From: a virus
Reading direction: 5' to 3' (one strand)
IMG/VR virus record: IMGVR_UViG_3300022602_000028
Length of the DNA stretch: 64,000 bases
Made by a program: the position numbers and the translations under genes. The notes beneath the pieces were generated by a model. That model had not been told where the DNA came from. It ran no database searches and saw only the letters and a list, made by a program, of their open reading frames with translations. Shown piece after piece: positions 8,693 to 18,542 of the stretch (position 1 is the first letter of the stretch; every line of letters starts with the position of its first letter).

Positions 8693-9787
8693 ATGTTGGA
8701 TGCACTAAAAGGTTTATTTGAAAACAATATGATTTCTGAGGAGATCAAAGAGTCAATTGAGGCAGCTTTCGAAGCTCGCATTAGCGAGAGTCGCGAAGTA
8801 CTAACTCAACAATTACGTGAAGAGTTTGCACAAAAATACGAACACGACAAGAACACAATGATAGATGCAGTAGATCGTATGATCTCTGAGCAACTATCTA
8901 CTGAGATTGTCGAATTTGCAGATGATCGTAAGCAATTAGCTGAAATGAAAGTTAAGCTAGCTAAAGAAAAGAAGAAGGCAGCTGAAGTAATGAAGGAATT
9001 CGTTACACGTCAACTAGCTTCTGAAGTTCGTGAATTGCATGAAGATCAAGTTGTAATGGCAAGTAAATTTGGTAAACTAGAACAATTCGTAGTTGAAGCT
9101 CTTGCTCAAGAAATCGCAGAGTTTTACAAAGACAAACGTGACCTCGCAGAAACTAAAGTACGTTTAGTTCGTGAAGGTCGTCAACAAATCACTAAGGTAA
9201 AACAACAATTTGTAACCCGCGCCGCTCAAATGGTCGAAGGTGTTGTAACTAAGAATTTAACTTCTGAACTTACAGCATTAAGAGAAGACATCGAAGCCGC
9301 ACGTCGTGCAGATTTTGGCCGCAAGTTATTCGAGGCTTTTGCCGCTGAATATTCTTCAAGCTACCTAAATGAAAAATCGGAAACTGCTAAACTACTCAAG
9401 GTCATAGACATGAAGGACTTAGCTATGCAAGAGGCCGCACAAGCCGTTGTTAAAGCTGAGAAGTTAATAGAAAGTAAACAAGCAGAAATCCAGGCTTTGA
9501 AAGAAGCTCAAGAACGTAAAGCAATCATGAATGAGTTACTTGCTCCTTTAAACAAGGAACAAAAAGCAATCATGGGAGAGCTAATGGAAGGCGTAAAGAC
9601 TGCACGTCTAAACGAAAGTTTTGAAAAGTATTTGCCAGCCGTAATAGCAGGCAATGCACCGCAGAAGAAACAGGCACTAGTAGAGGCTAAAGAAGTAACC
9701 GGAAATAAGATTTCCAACACCAAACATAGCAGTGAGTCCGATAACAACATCGTTGATATTCGTAAACTTGCTGGACTAAAATTTTAA
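8693..9787 (+). CDS. gp22: prohead scaffolding protein, T4 gp22-like
   Basis: 364-aa coiled-coil protein between protease and major capsid gene. Confidence 0.8.
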   Translation: MLDALKGLFENNMISEEIKESIEAAFEARISESREVLTQQLREEFAQKYEHDKNTMIDAVDRMISEQLSTEIVEFADDRKQLAEMKVKLAKEKKKAAEVMKEFVTRQLASEVRELHEDQVVMASKFGKLEQFVVEALAQEIAEFYKDKRDLAETKVRLVREGRQQITKVKQQFVTRAAQMVEGVVTKNLTSELTALREDIEAARRADFGRKLFEAFAAEYSSSYLNEKSETAKLLKVIDMKDLAMQEAAQAVVKAEKLIESKQAEIQALKEAQERKAIMNELLAPLNKEQKAIMGELMEGVKTARLNESFEKYLPAVIAGNAPQKKQALVEAKEVTGNKISNTKHSSESDNNIVDIRKLAGLKF

Positions 9788-9800
9788 GGAGAAAATTTAA

Positions 9801-10976
9801 ATGTCAGAACTATTAAACGGACGTTGGGCAGAAACTAAGGAAGCCCTATTAGAAGGCTTACAAGGCACAAAAAAATCAGTAATGGGTGTAACACTAGAAA
9901 ATACTCGTAAGTATTTGCTAGAAAGCCCAACAGCTGGTGCCACTTCTGCCGGCAACGTTGCAACATTAAACCGCGTAATTCTACCGGTAATTCGTCGTGT
10001 TATGCCAACCGTTATTGCTAACGAGTTGTTAGGCGTACAACCAATGACTGGTCCAGTTGGTCAAATTCACACTCTACGTGTGCGTTATGCTGACACATCA
10101 TCAGGCGCTGGAGTCGTAGCAGGTGAAGAGGCATTAAGCCCATTCAAGATTGCGGCTTCTTATTCTGGTAACCAAACTGACGCAACTTCAAAAGCTAGCT
10201 CAACAGCTACTTTAGAAGGTCAAGCTGGTAACCGTTTAAGCATCCAGATCTTGAAACAAACAGTTGAAGCTAAGACACGTAAGTTATCAGCTCGCTGGAC
10301 ATTTGAGGCTGCTCAAGACGCTCAAGCTCAACAAGGTATTGACGTTGAAGCAGAAATTATGGCTGCTCTTGCACAAGAAATTACAGCTGAAATCGACCAA
10401 GAGATCATTGCATCATTGATCACATTGGCTGGTACTGCTAGCTACACATACGACCAAGCGTCTGTAAGTGGTACAGCTACATTCGTTGGTGACGAGCATG
10501 CTGCCTTAGCAGTTATGATCAACCGCGTAAGTAACTTGATCGCTCAACGTACACGTCGTGGTGCTGGTAACTACGCTGTTGTATCACCATTTGCATTGAC
10601 AATTCTACAATCTGCTACTACTTCAGCTTTTGCTCGTACAACAGAAGGTACATTTGAAGCACCTACAAACACTAAGTTTGTTGGTACATTAAACAATGCT
10701 ATGAAAGTATATGTAAACAGCTATGCTGTTGACACAACTGATATTCTTATCGGTTACAAAGGTGCTTCAGAGTCTGATGCTCCTGCTTTCTATTGCCCAT
10801 ACATTCCATTGATGAGCAGTGGTGTTGTTTTAGATCCATCAACATTCGAACCAGTCGTTTCATTCATGACACGTTATGGTTATGTTGAGTTGTCAAACAC
10901 AGCAAGTTCTTTAGGTAATGCCGCTGACTATCTAGGTCGTGTTGCTATTACTTCAGCTAACGTTAAGTTCCAGTAA
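9801..10976 (+). CDS. gp23: major capsid protein, T4 gp23-like
   Basis: GVQPMTGPVGQIHTLR, TRKLSARWTFEAAQD, AEIDQEII, FYCPYIPL, MTRYG motifs. Confidence 0.97.
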   Translation: MSELLNGRWAETKEALLEGLQGTKKSVMGVTLENTRKYLLESPTAGATSAGNVATLNRVILPVIRRVMPTVIANELLGVQPMTGPVGQIHTLRVRYADTSSGAGVVAGEEALSPFKIAASYSGNQTDATSKASSTATLEGQAGNRLSIQILKQTVEAKTRKLSARWTFEAAQDAQAQQGIDVEAEIMAALAQEITAEIDQEIIASLITLAGTASYTYDQASVSGTATFVGDEHAALAVMINRVSNLIAQRTRRGAGNYAVVSPFALTILQSATTSAFARTTEGTFEAPTNTKFVGTLNNAMKVYVNSYAVDTTDILIGYKGASESDAPAFYCPYIPLMSSGVVLDPSTFEPVVSFMTRYGYVELSNTASSLGNAADYLGRVAITSANVKFQ

Positions 10977-11001
10977 TTTAACCTTAGTCTTAAAGACAAT
11001 G

Positions 11002-11026
11002 AAAAGGACTCTTCGGAGTCCTTTTT
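11002..11026 (+). terminator. intrinsic terminator with C(UUCG)G tetraloop
   Basis: AAAAGGACTC-TTCG-GAGTCCTTTTT after the capsid gene. Confidence 0.9.
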
Positions 11027-11033
11027 GTTTGGG

Positions 11034-11039
11034 TAAATA
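11034..11039 (+). promoter_or_regulatory. late promoter TAAATA
   Basis: gggTAAATAtaatATG, immediately after the terminator. Confidence 0.6.
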
Positions 11040-11043
11040 TAAT

Positions 11044-11628
11044 ATGACCACTACAAAGTATTTTCGTCCAACTAGTTTTTCTAATGTATCGATTTTGAAT
11101 ACAACTACTAATCAATACAGTATTGATTGGAATTACAATGGAGCGATATCAGAAAATAATTATGCAGTGACGCATCAGCCATTGTATACTATCAGTGGTA
11201 TATGGATGGAAAGATTTTTATCAAATACCAGCCAGTTGTGGTGTACAAATCTAAAAATCCCCAATAACAATCAAACAATACATGGTATAGAATTTAATCT
11301 TGTAATGGAACGCTATGCTCGTATAGAAGATTTATTAATACAGTTAACCTTAGGTGGTGAATTAATTGGTAATAATTATGCCAGTACTATAAATCCTGTG
11401 CCCGCAGACATTTACACAGGTGATGATTACGGAGTAATATTAACTCCTCCGGGTAATAATTTTACCTATGGAGGATCTAATGATTTATGGGGAACTACAA
11501 GTTTAACAAGTGCAAATTTAGCAGATCCTACATTTGGTGTAGTTGTTAGTTTTAAGAGCAATCCAGCGTTTCCGCATAGGGACTTAGCTTATTTGTATCA
11601 ATTAGGCGTAAGAATCACCTACGCATAA
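11044..11628 (+). CDS. hypothetical, probably virion protein (194 aa)
   Basis: start moved from 10939 to 11044, after the terminator and promoter. Confidence 0.65.
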   Translation: MTTTKYFRPTSFSNVSILNTTTNQYSIDWNYNGAISENNYAVTHQPLYTISGIWMERFLSNTSQLWCTNLKIPNNNQTIHGIEFNLVMERYARIEDLLIQLTLGGELIGNNYASTINPVPADIYTGDDYGVILTPPGNNFTYGGSNDLWGTTSLTSANLADPTFGVVVSFKSNPAFPHRDLAYLYQLGVRITYA

Positions 11629-11631
11629 ATA
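11625..11631 (+). promoter_or_regulatory. late promoter ATAAATA overlapping a stop codon
   Basis: gcATAAATAc. Confidence 0.6.
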
Positions 11632-11639
11632 CATAGTAT

Positions 11640-11698
11640 AAACTTACATGGGGTAAGTTTTATGCGGAAATCCAACCGCGTACGGCCTAGAACGCCGT
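11640..11698 (+). ncRNA. candidate structured 5' leader (three adjacent hairpins)
   Basis: AAACTTAC/GTAAGTTT, TATGCGG/CCGCGTA and ACGGC/GCCGT stems between promoter and RBS. Confidence 0.45.
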
Positions 11699-11720
11699 TA
11701 TTCTTTAAGGAGAAATTAAA

Positions 11721-13259
11721 ATGGGACGTCCTTTATCATCAAAGTACTTTGGTCATAGAAACACAGGTACAGACGGCAATTTTGGTGCCGCAAACACAGC
11801 AGGCGATGCAGGCCTTGGCGGTCAATCAGTAAACGGTATTTCAGTAGGAACAGCAGGTTCTTATAATGCTACAAACGCTGACGCATTAACATTAACATTT
11901 CCAGCACCATCATTAAGTGGCGAAGGTGCAGTTAGTGCAACAGGTACACCAAATTTTAAAACATTAACTGCTACAATTAGCGGTACACAAACTCGTGCTT
12001 ACCCAGTTGCCGCTGGTGCTTTAAGCATTGGTTCTAGTTCAGCTACTTCGACTTATACAGCTACAGTTACCAGTGCCGCATTAGCTTCAGTTGCTTATGC
12101 AAGTGCTACTACAATTAGTTTCAACACAACTGGTACAGCAATGATTTCTGGTACCAGCGTTGTAATCAGCGGTGCAAGTATTACAGGTACTATGACTATT
12201 GGTGGCGTAGCTATTGCCGCAGGCCAAACATATTATGTAGGCGCACCAACAACTACAACAGCCGCAACATTGTATGCAACTTACTCTAATGCTGTTAATG
12301 CAACAAGCCCATTGACAATTAGCAACGGTACAACAACTGGTGCTACATTTACATTTGGTACTACATACGGTACAGTTACAGCAGTAACAGTAGTATCAGG
12401 TGGTTCAATTGCCAAAGGTGCAGTAACAGCATACGCTGTAGCAACTACACCATCGACTGCTGACAGTTCAGGTTCTGGTCTACAAATTACTCCAGCAACA
12501 TTTGGTCTAGTAAGTTCAACTATTACACAAGCTGGTGATGGTTATGTAAACACTTCATTAACAAGTTATACAATTACAGCAACAACAGTTACATCAAACT
12601 TAGTTACATTAAGTTCAGTTGATGAAATTGTTCCTGGTATGCAATTTACAGCCGCAAGTACAGTTGGTGGTATTACAGGTTCAACAGTTTATTATGTTGC
12701 TACAGTAAGCGTTGCTAACAGTCAAATTACACTTGCTGACACATACGCTCACGCTATTGCTGGTACAAACATTATCAGCTTGACAACAACTACTGCTCAA
12801 TCAGTTGCAACAACTATTGCTAGTAATTTGATTGTATTAACAAGTTCAGGAGCCGCAACAGCTACAGCAACTTTGACAACAGCAGAAACAACTGGTGCTA
12901 CTGGTAGCGCAACGACCGGACGTTATTCAGCCATTCTAACAACAGCATGGGTAGCAGGCGATTCTGGCGCAACTGAAGATGCAAATATTATTAAACAGTC
13001 AGCAACACGTCGTTACAAAGTTGAAACAACAAATGGTACAAGCGGTGTTTGCACACTAGTAACTGCTACTCCAACATCAGGTCAGATGACTATTCAAGCA
13101 ACTGATTCAGCTGGCGGTACATACTATGTAAGCAAATTAACTGCTCACAAAGCAACATTGGTGCCTATCACTGGTACTCAGTTTGCCAGCGGTGCAACAG
13201 CTGGTTGGAATTTTTCAACAGCAGTAGTAAACGTTTCAGTTGTAATCGATAACGGTTAA
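11721..13259 (+). CDS. Ser/Thr/Ala/Gly-rich virion protein (putative head decoration or fibre)
   Basis: 512 aa; MGRPLSSKYFG start; beta-rich and nearly uncharged; strong AAGGAG RBS. Confidence 0.55.
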   Translation: MGRPLSSKYFGHRNTGTDGNFGAANTAGDAGLGGQSVNGISVGTAGSYNATNADALTLTFPAPSLSGEGAVSATGTPNFKTLTATISGTQTRAYPVAAGALSIGSSSATSTYTATVTSAALASVAYASATTISFNTTGTAMISGTSVVISGASITGTMTIGGVAIAAGQTYYVGAPTTTTAATLYATYSNAVNATSPLTISNGTTTGATFTFGTTYGTVTAVTVVSGGSIAKGAVTAYAVATTPSTADSSGSGLQITPATFGLVSSTITQAGDGYVNTSLTSYTITATTVTSNLVTLSSVDEIVPGMQFTAASTVGGITGSTVYYVATVSVANSQITLADTYAHAIAGTNIISLTTTTAQSVATTIASNLIVLTSSGAATATATLTTAETTGATGSATTGRYSAILTTAWVAGDSGATEDANIIKQSATRRYKVETTNGTSGVCTLVTATPTSGQMTIQATDSAGGTYYVSKLTAHKATLVPITGTQFASGATAGWNFSTAVVNVSVVIDNG

Positions 13260-13272
13260 TAACTAACTTGAT

Positions 13273-13290
13273 AGGGAGCGCAAGCTCCCT
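13273..13290 (+). promoter_or_regulatory. GNRA stem-loop without U-tract (mRNA stability or processing element)
   Basis: AGGGAGC-GCAA-GCTCCCT followed by TGAAGGA, the RBS of the next gene. Confidence 0.6.
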
Positions 13291-13302
13291 TGAAGGAATA
13301 TA

Positions 13303-14262
13303 ATGTCAAGAGTACTTAAAGTAAGTCAAAGCAATTATAGACTCCAGACTTTGTCTGGAGGTACTATAACTTTGGATACAGGTAATACAGTAGGGACAAC
13401 GATTATCACAGGTAATTTAGATGTCAAAGGTATAACAACTACCATTGAATCTACAAATACAACTGTAGCTGATAATATTTTTACTATTGATACCGGTGTT
13501 ACCGGCAATGGTATTCCGATAGCATTTAACTATCAATCAGGATTTCAAATTAATCGCGGCAATTTTAGTGCCGCACAGATTATGTTTAATGAAAGTATTA
13601 GTCATTACAGCGGAGTTAGTAACTCTAATGTTAATGGTACTTTTCAATTAAAAACAGCAGACAACATAATTAATGCATTACAAGTAGCCACTATCACTAA
13701 TGATGGTACTACTGATTTAATTTTTGATATGCGTAATGGAAATGGAGTATTGAGTGTAGCAAATACTACCAATTATGAATTACGTGTAACACAAGACAAC
13801 GATATTACAACTAAAAAATATGTCAACACTTACGTGGCAGCGGCTAATGGTGTTGCATCAGTTGACCGTATTTTTTATCCAACAACAGCTCTCAGCGGCA
13901 GCGAACAAAGTAAAATTGAAGCATTTAGTAGCACTATCAATTTATATGTTGGCGGTACAACAATTGCCACCGTAAGTCCTGTAGGAGTTACAATTGGTGA
14001 CGTTAACATTTATCAAGATACAGTTTCAAATACCAGTGCAAACAATTTAATTTTTACTGCGGTTAATAATAACGTAGAAGTTAATGGAGTGTTTAATCTT
14101 GATGATCAAGCATTGACTCCAGGTTCTACTTCGGGCAAAACAAAGATTTATAGTCAAGCTACTTCTGGCCCAGGAAAAACTGGACTATACATCACAAATG
14201 TAAATACATCAGATGAATTGGTAAGCAAGAATCGAGCAGTATTACTAAGCATACTATTTTAA
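13303..14262 (+). CDS. virion structural protein (fibre/baseplate module)
   Basis: 319 aa, beta-rich, T/N/S-rich, in the structural operon. Confidence 0.55.
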   Translation: MSRVLKVSQSNYRLQTLSGGTITLDTGNTVGTTIITGNLDVKGITTTIESTNTTVADNIFTIDTGVTGNGIPIAFNYQSGFQINRGNFSAAQIMFNESISHYSGVSNSNVNGTFQLKTADNIINALQVATITNDGTTDLIFDMRNGNGVLSVANTTNYELRVTQDNDITTKKYVNTYVAAANGVASVDRIFYPTTALSGSEQSKIEAFSSTINLYVGGTTIATVSPVGVTIGDVNIYQDTVSNTSANNLIFTAVNNNVEVNGVFNLDDQALTPGSTSGKTKIYSQATSGPGKTGLYITNVNTSDELVSKNRAVLLSILF

Positions 14263-14273
14263 TAGGAAAGATT

Positions 14274-14606
14274 ATGGCGTTAACATCGGTAGCAATCGGA
14301 ACAACAAATACAACAATATATTCAAGTAGCGGCAATAATGCCATAACTACTATAATTATTTGTAATATTAATGCGTTTAATCCTAGTAATCCAACTGCTA
14401 ATACTGCAAATTTTACTTTGTATGCAGTACCAAACGGACAATCATTAAGCACAACAAATTTAATTGTTAATGCAGTACCTATTACGGCAGGCGAAACATT
14501 AAGTTTAGATCAAGAAAAATTAGTGCTAGGCAATGGAGATGTATTAGTTGCTAAATCAGATACCGCCAGCGCACTAGTAACAACTATAAGTACATTGGCG
14601 GTATAA
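14274..14606 (+). CDS. small virion protein, ~110-aa family, paralog 1
   Basis: TTIYSS...TIIICN...VP..AGETLSLDQEKLVLGNGD; similar to 18204 and 36367. Confidence 0.6.
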   Translation: MALTSVAIGTTNTTIYSSSGNNAITTIIICNINAFNPSNPTANTANFTLYAVPNGQSLSTTNLIVNAVPITAGETLSLDQEKLVLGNGDVLVAKSDTASALVTTISTLAV

Positions 14607-15625
14607 TGAGATTTTTAAGACGTCAAACACTTAATCGTCGAGCAGTATTCGACAATAGTTTGTATGTAGACACAAACAATAATATCGTTATGGGCACAAC
14701 AAATACACTAGTTTTGCCCAGTGGAACTACTAACGGAACAAGTCCTCGTCCATATGTTCCAGTAGCAGGAATGATGCGTTATAATACAACTACTAGTAAC
14801 ATAGAAGTGTATCAAGGCAGTAGTTGGAGAGCATTACGTTATGCAGAGTCAGGCCCAATTGTTCAACAAAATTTAGGCGCCGGTGACGGGCAGTCTGTAT
14901 ATTTTGGACCTTTAAATAGTTTATATAATCCCGGAAATGTCAGTAGCAACAACAGTAATTTTGGCGGACAAAATATGCTAGTAGTTGTGGAAAACGTTTT
15001 GCAACTAGCTGGTAATAACTATACAGTAGTACAAAATCCTACTCTAAGTTCAGAAGTTTTTCAACCAATAGTATCTCAAGATGTAACAACTGGGCAAACA
15101 TCGATACCATTAGTAACAAGTTTAACAGTAACAAGTGTAGGATCATCTGGAGGTATTGCTACTTTAATTTTTAATACATTATTAGCAAATCCATTTTATG
15201 TAGGTCAAACTATTACAGTGACAGATATTAATCCATCAGCATATAACGGCAAATTTACAGTTTCTAGTGTAACTCCAGGTAGTGTAAGTTATAGCAGTAG
15301 TGCTACTGGTAGTATGCCAGCTGGGTCTTATGGAACAGTTATGGGTGTAGGTGCCATCTATGCAGGAAATTCAATCATTGGCGCAACAGTATCTGGAACA
15401 CATATTCCAAACGGTACTACAGTTGCCAGTATATTAAACGATCCTAATACTGATGCAATTATCAATATTAGATTAAGTCAAGCAACTACTGGCGGAACAA
15501 TTACTGCTGGAACACAGATCACTATAACAGAAAACAGCCAAACTGGTAGTGGTTACTATCTATTCTTTAGTAGCCCTCCTCCATACGGTAAAATTGTAAC
15601 AGCATTACTGGGTTTTGACCAGTAA
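14606..15625 (+). CDS. virion structural protein
   Basis: 339 aa; LVLPSGTT..RP...GMMRYNT...IEVY motif shared with the next two genes; TAATG overlap with the upstream gene. Confidence 0.55.
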   Translation: MRFLRRQTLNRRAVFDNSLYVDTNNNIVMGTTNTLVLPSGTTNGTSPRPYVPVAGMMRYNTTTSNIEVYQGSSWRALRYAESGPIVQQNLGAGDGQSVYFGPLNSLYNPGNVSSNNSNFGGQNMLVVVENVLQLAGNNYTVVQNPTLSSEVFQPIVSQDVTTGQTSIPLVTSLTVTSVGSSGGIATLIFNTLLANPFYVGQTITVTDINPSAYNGKFTVSSVTPGSVSYSSSATGSMPAGSYGTVMGVGAIYAGNSIIGATVSGTHIPNGTTVASILNDPNTDAIINIRLSQATTGGTITAGTQITITENSQTGSGYYLFFSSPPPYGKIVTALLGFDQ

Positions 15626-15637
15626 TAAGGAGCTATC

Positions 15638-16969
15638 ATGGGGCGCGAACTAGGTAGAATTAGTGGCCCGTTACTAGCAGATAATCTGTTACGCAACGGC
15701 AATGATCTTGCATTTGAAACAAGTTTACTCTACTTAAATGTTTCAAATGGTTTCATTGGCGTTAATAACAATACACCAACTAGAACTTTTGACATTAGCG
15801 GGTTAACTTATGCTCCTACTGTAATTGTAGATACAGAGGCAGATCTAAGCGAATTATACTTTACAACAAATCAAGTACAAAATTTATTTGATGTAATTAA
15901 TATTCAGCCAAATCAATCTAGCAATCCAAATATTGTTGTTCCTAGCCTTAGCACTGATAAAATTACTTTAAAAGGAAATACTATCACCGATTACGTTTCG
16001 GGAGATAGTATTTTTATTAATCCTACCGGACAACTAGTAATAGGTACTGCGCTAGCCAATAATAATGTATTGGTCAACGGTGATGTACATGCCACTGGAA
16101 ATGTTACATTTGATGGTAATATTGTTTTAGGATCCGGCCCTACAAAAACTATTACTATACCAGCCCAAGTCGATAGTAATATCATTCCGTTAACTACTAA
16201 CATTTATAATTTAGGTTCTAGTAGCTTGTATTGGAATACAATTTATAGCAATGCTCTACAAACTGGAGCAATTACCAATACTAATATTCTTACCGGTAGC
16301 ATGACCATTGGCAATGTTACTGTCGGCAATAACAATATTATTGATAATTTATCTGGTGATAATTTAAAGTTTTCAACAAGCGGAACTGGAGTTATTAATC
16401 TTAACAACACCATTACTATTCAGCAAGGTACTATAAATTACAGTCCAACAGTTACACCTTTAACTTTTAATTTTGCCGCAGATTCAATTACTGGTGCTCA
16501 AAACGGATACTTGTATTTTAGCGGTTCTAACGGTTTTGTTCCTCCGGTCGGAACAACTGCACAACGTCCTGTAAATCCTCCGCTAGGTACATTACGTTTT
16601 AACACAGACTTGTCTATCTTAGAAGTCTATGCCAATGTATCAAATACAGTAACTAGTTTTAATGCAACTACCAATGCTCAATCTAATTCAGGAACAAGTA
16701 TAATCTATACTACTGGAACTACCGGAATGAAAGTAGGCGATCTAGTAACCGGTATAAGTTTACCTGGAGCATTTAGTGCCAACACATTAATAACTAGCAT
16801 CAATGCTGGAGTAAGTTTTAATATTAGTAGTCCACTATTGCTTACATTACCTTCAGGAAGTACAGTAAACGCATTACAACAATGGGTACCCAGTATCGGT
16901 CTCAGCCCAGTGCTAAGTGCAGACGAGGTTACTGAAACTATGGACATTTGGACCCTTATACTAGGGTAA
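15638..16969 (+). CDS. putative tail fibre/baseplate protein, paralog A
   Basis: GRISGPLLADNLLRNG.DLAFETSLLYL N-terminus shared with 17133. Confidence 0.55.
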   Translation: MGRELGRISGPLLADNLLRNGNDLAFETSLLYLNVSNGFIGVNNNTPTRTFDISGLTYAPTVIVDTEADLSELYFTTNQVQNLFDVINIQPNQSSNPNIVVPSLSTDKITLKGNTITDYVSGDSIFINPTGQLVIGTALANNNVLVNGDVHATGNVTFDGNIVLGSGPTKTITIPAQVDSNIIPLTTNIYNLGSSSLYWNTIYSNALQTGAITNTNILTGSMTIGNVTVGNNNIIDNLSGDNLKFSTSGTGVINLNNTITIQQGTINYSPTVTPLTFNFAADSITGAQNGYLYFSGSNGFVPPVGTTAQRPVNPPLGTLRFNTDLSILEVYANVSNTVTSFNATTNAQSNSGTSIIYTTGTTGMKVGDLVTGISLPGAFSANTLITSINAGVSFNISSPLLLTLPSGSTVNALQQWVPSIGLSPVLSADEVTETMDIWTLILG

Positions 16970-16983
16970 AAAATCAAAACAGC

Positions 16984-16989
16984 TAAATA
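16984..16989 (+). promoter_or_regulatory. late promoter TAAATA
   Basis: gcTAAATAc at the start of a 163-nt intergenic region. Confidence 0.55.
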
Positions 16990-16997
16990 CTATTACT

Positions 16998-17114
16998 GTA
17001 AAAACTGACCAAGTTTTTACGATATTCAACTGTGGTAAACCGACAAAGAGCCTTTTAAAGGATGCGGAAGAAGGGTAACGCCAGACACCAAACTAGGTTA
17101 ACCGTGAAACACGG
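16998..17114 (+). ncRNA. candidate structured 5' leader / cis-regulatory RNA
   Basis: GTAAAAACT/AGTTTTTAC, TGTGG/CCgACA, CCTT/AAGG and CCGTG/CACGG stems upstream of a GAGGAG RBS. Confidence 0.45.
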
Positions 17115-17132
17115 GGTATACGAGGAGCGTAA

Positions 17133-18200
17133 ATGGCTGTTGGTCGAATTTCGGGTCCGCTCTTAAAAGATAATTTGCTTCGTAACGGGGTAAATTTAGC
17201 TTTTGAGACGAGCCTACTTTACTTGGATGTTAATAACAGCCGTATCGGTATTAATACAACCGCGCCAACCAATGACCTACAAGTTGTAGGTACAACTCGT
17301 ACTACCAATTTACAAACAACCAACAGTGCAACGATTGCTACATTTACTGTAAGCAACAATACAATTTCCAGCTCAAGTGGAACAATCAATCTAGTACCAG
17401 CAGGCGGCACTAACGGAGTTGTGTATCAAGGTAATTTAACAGTTGGTACACAATTAAACATTAATGGTAATACTATTAGTACAGTTGGTACTAATACAAA
17501 TTTAAACATTACCACAACTGGTTCAGGACAAGTAACAGTTAACAGCAACGTTTTAGTTAACGGTAATTTACATGCTACTGGAATGATTACTGCTGACGGC
17601 AATATTCAATTAGGTGATAGTGGAGTCGGTGATACTATTCAGTTCAACGGAGAAGTGGATAGTGATATTGTTCCTACTCCTACTAACTCTTGGAATTTGG
17701 GATCTAGCTTACTAACCTGGGCTACCATTTACAGTAATAATGCAACTATTAATAATATAAATGCAACTTCAATTACTGGAACAGATTATAAAACCGCTAG
17801 TTTAGAAATAAACGGCAGTACAATTAGCACACGCTCGACAAATACAAATATTAATTTGTTAACAACTGGTTCTGGAGCAGTAAATTTAGGTAATAATTTA
17901 AGTATTGCGGCCAATACAATTACTAATACTGTTCCTGGTAGTATAACAACTTTTGCTACTACAGGCACTGGTTATGTTGCAGTATCTGGCACAAATGGTA
18001 TGGTTATTCCAAGCGGTTCAGTTGCCGCTCGACCAGCAAATGCGTATGCGGCAATTGGTATGATACGTTATAACACTGAACAATATTTGGTCGAAGTTTA
18101 TACTACAGGTGGCTGGGTAAGTGTTGCTGGTAGCGCCGGCGGTGTTACTGCACAGTCGGCAGCTGATATTGGTGTAGAACAAGCATTAATTTACGGATAA
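17133..18200 (+). CDS. putative tail fibre/baseplate protein, paralog B
   Basis: MAVGRISGPLLKDNLLRNGVNLAFETSLLYL; C-terminal RP....GMIRYNT...VEVY. Confidence 0.55.
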   Translation: MAVGRISGPLLKDNLLRNGVNLAFETSLLYLDVNNSRIGINTTAPTNDLQVVGTTRTTNLQTTNSATIATFTVSNNTISSSSGTINLVPAGGTNGVVYQGNLTVGTQLNINGNTISTVGTNTNLNITTTGSGQVTVNSNVLVNGNLHATGMITADGNIQLGDSGVGDTIQFNGEVDSDIVPTPTNSWNLGSSLLTWATIYSNNATINNINATSITGTDYKTASLEINGSTISTRSTNTNINLLTTGSGAVNLGNNLSIAANTITNTVPGSITTFATTGTGYVAVSGTNGMVIPSGSVAARPANAYAAIGMIRYNTEQYLVEVYTTGGWVSVAGSAGGVTAQSAADIGVEQALIYG

Positions 18201-18203
18201 AAC

Positions 18204-18533
18204 ATGGCAACCTATTTTCACACTAAAGTACAAGCAAGTATAGGAACAACTCCAGTAACACCACTTACAACAGGTGCAACTAATATCTATACAATCATTG
18301 GTCTAAATTTAGCCAATACAACAGATTACGATGTTACAGTTAATATTACTATAACAGATTCTACTCCTACAACAGGTTACTATATTAGCGGATTAATAAT
18401 TCCTCCATATACCAGTGTTAAAGTAGTAACTAATAGTGAAAAAATTGTATTAGGAAACAACAGCAGTATTACACTAGTTTCGGATACTGCTAGTAGTGTT
18501 GACGCCACATTCAGCTATGCTGAAGTAGCTTAA
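18204..18533 (+). CDS. small virion protein, ~110-aa family, paralog 2
   Basis: NIYTIIGLNLAN...IIPPYTSVKV...KIVLGNNSSI.LVSD. Confidence 0.6.
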   Translation: MATYFHTKVQASIGTTPVTPLTTGATNIYTIIGLNLANTTDYDVTVNITITDSTPTTGYYISGLIIPPYTSVKVVTNSEKIVLGNNSSITLVSDTASSVDATFSYAEVA

Positions 18534-18542
18534 GGATAGATT

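Noticed and set aside
16990-17132. tRNA in the long intergenic region
   Set aside because: No cloverleaf, no T-loop GTTCRA and no 3' CCA were found.
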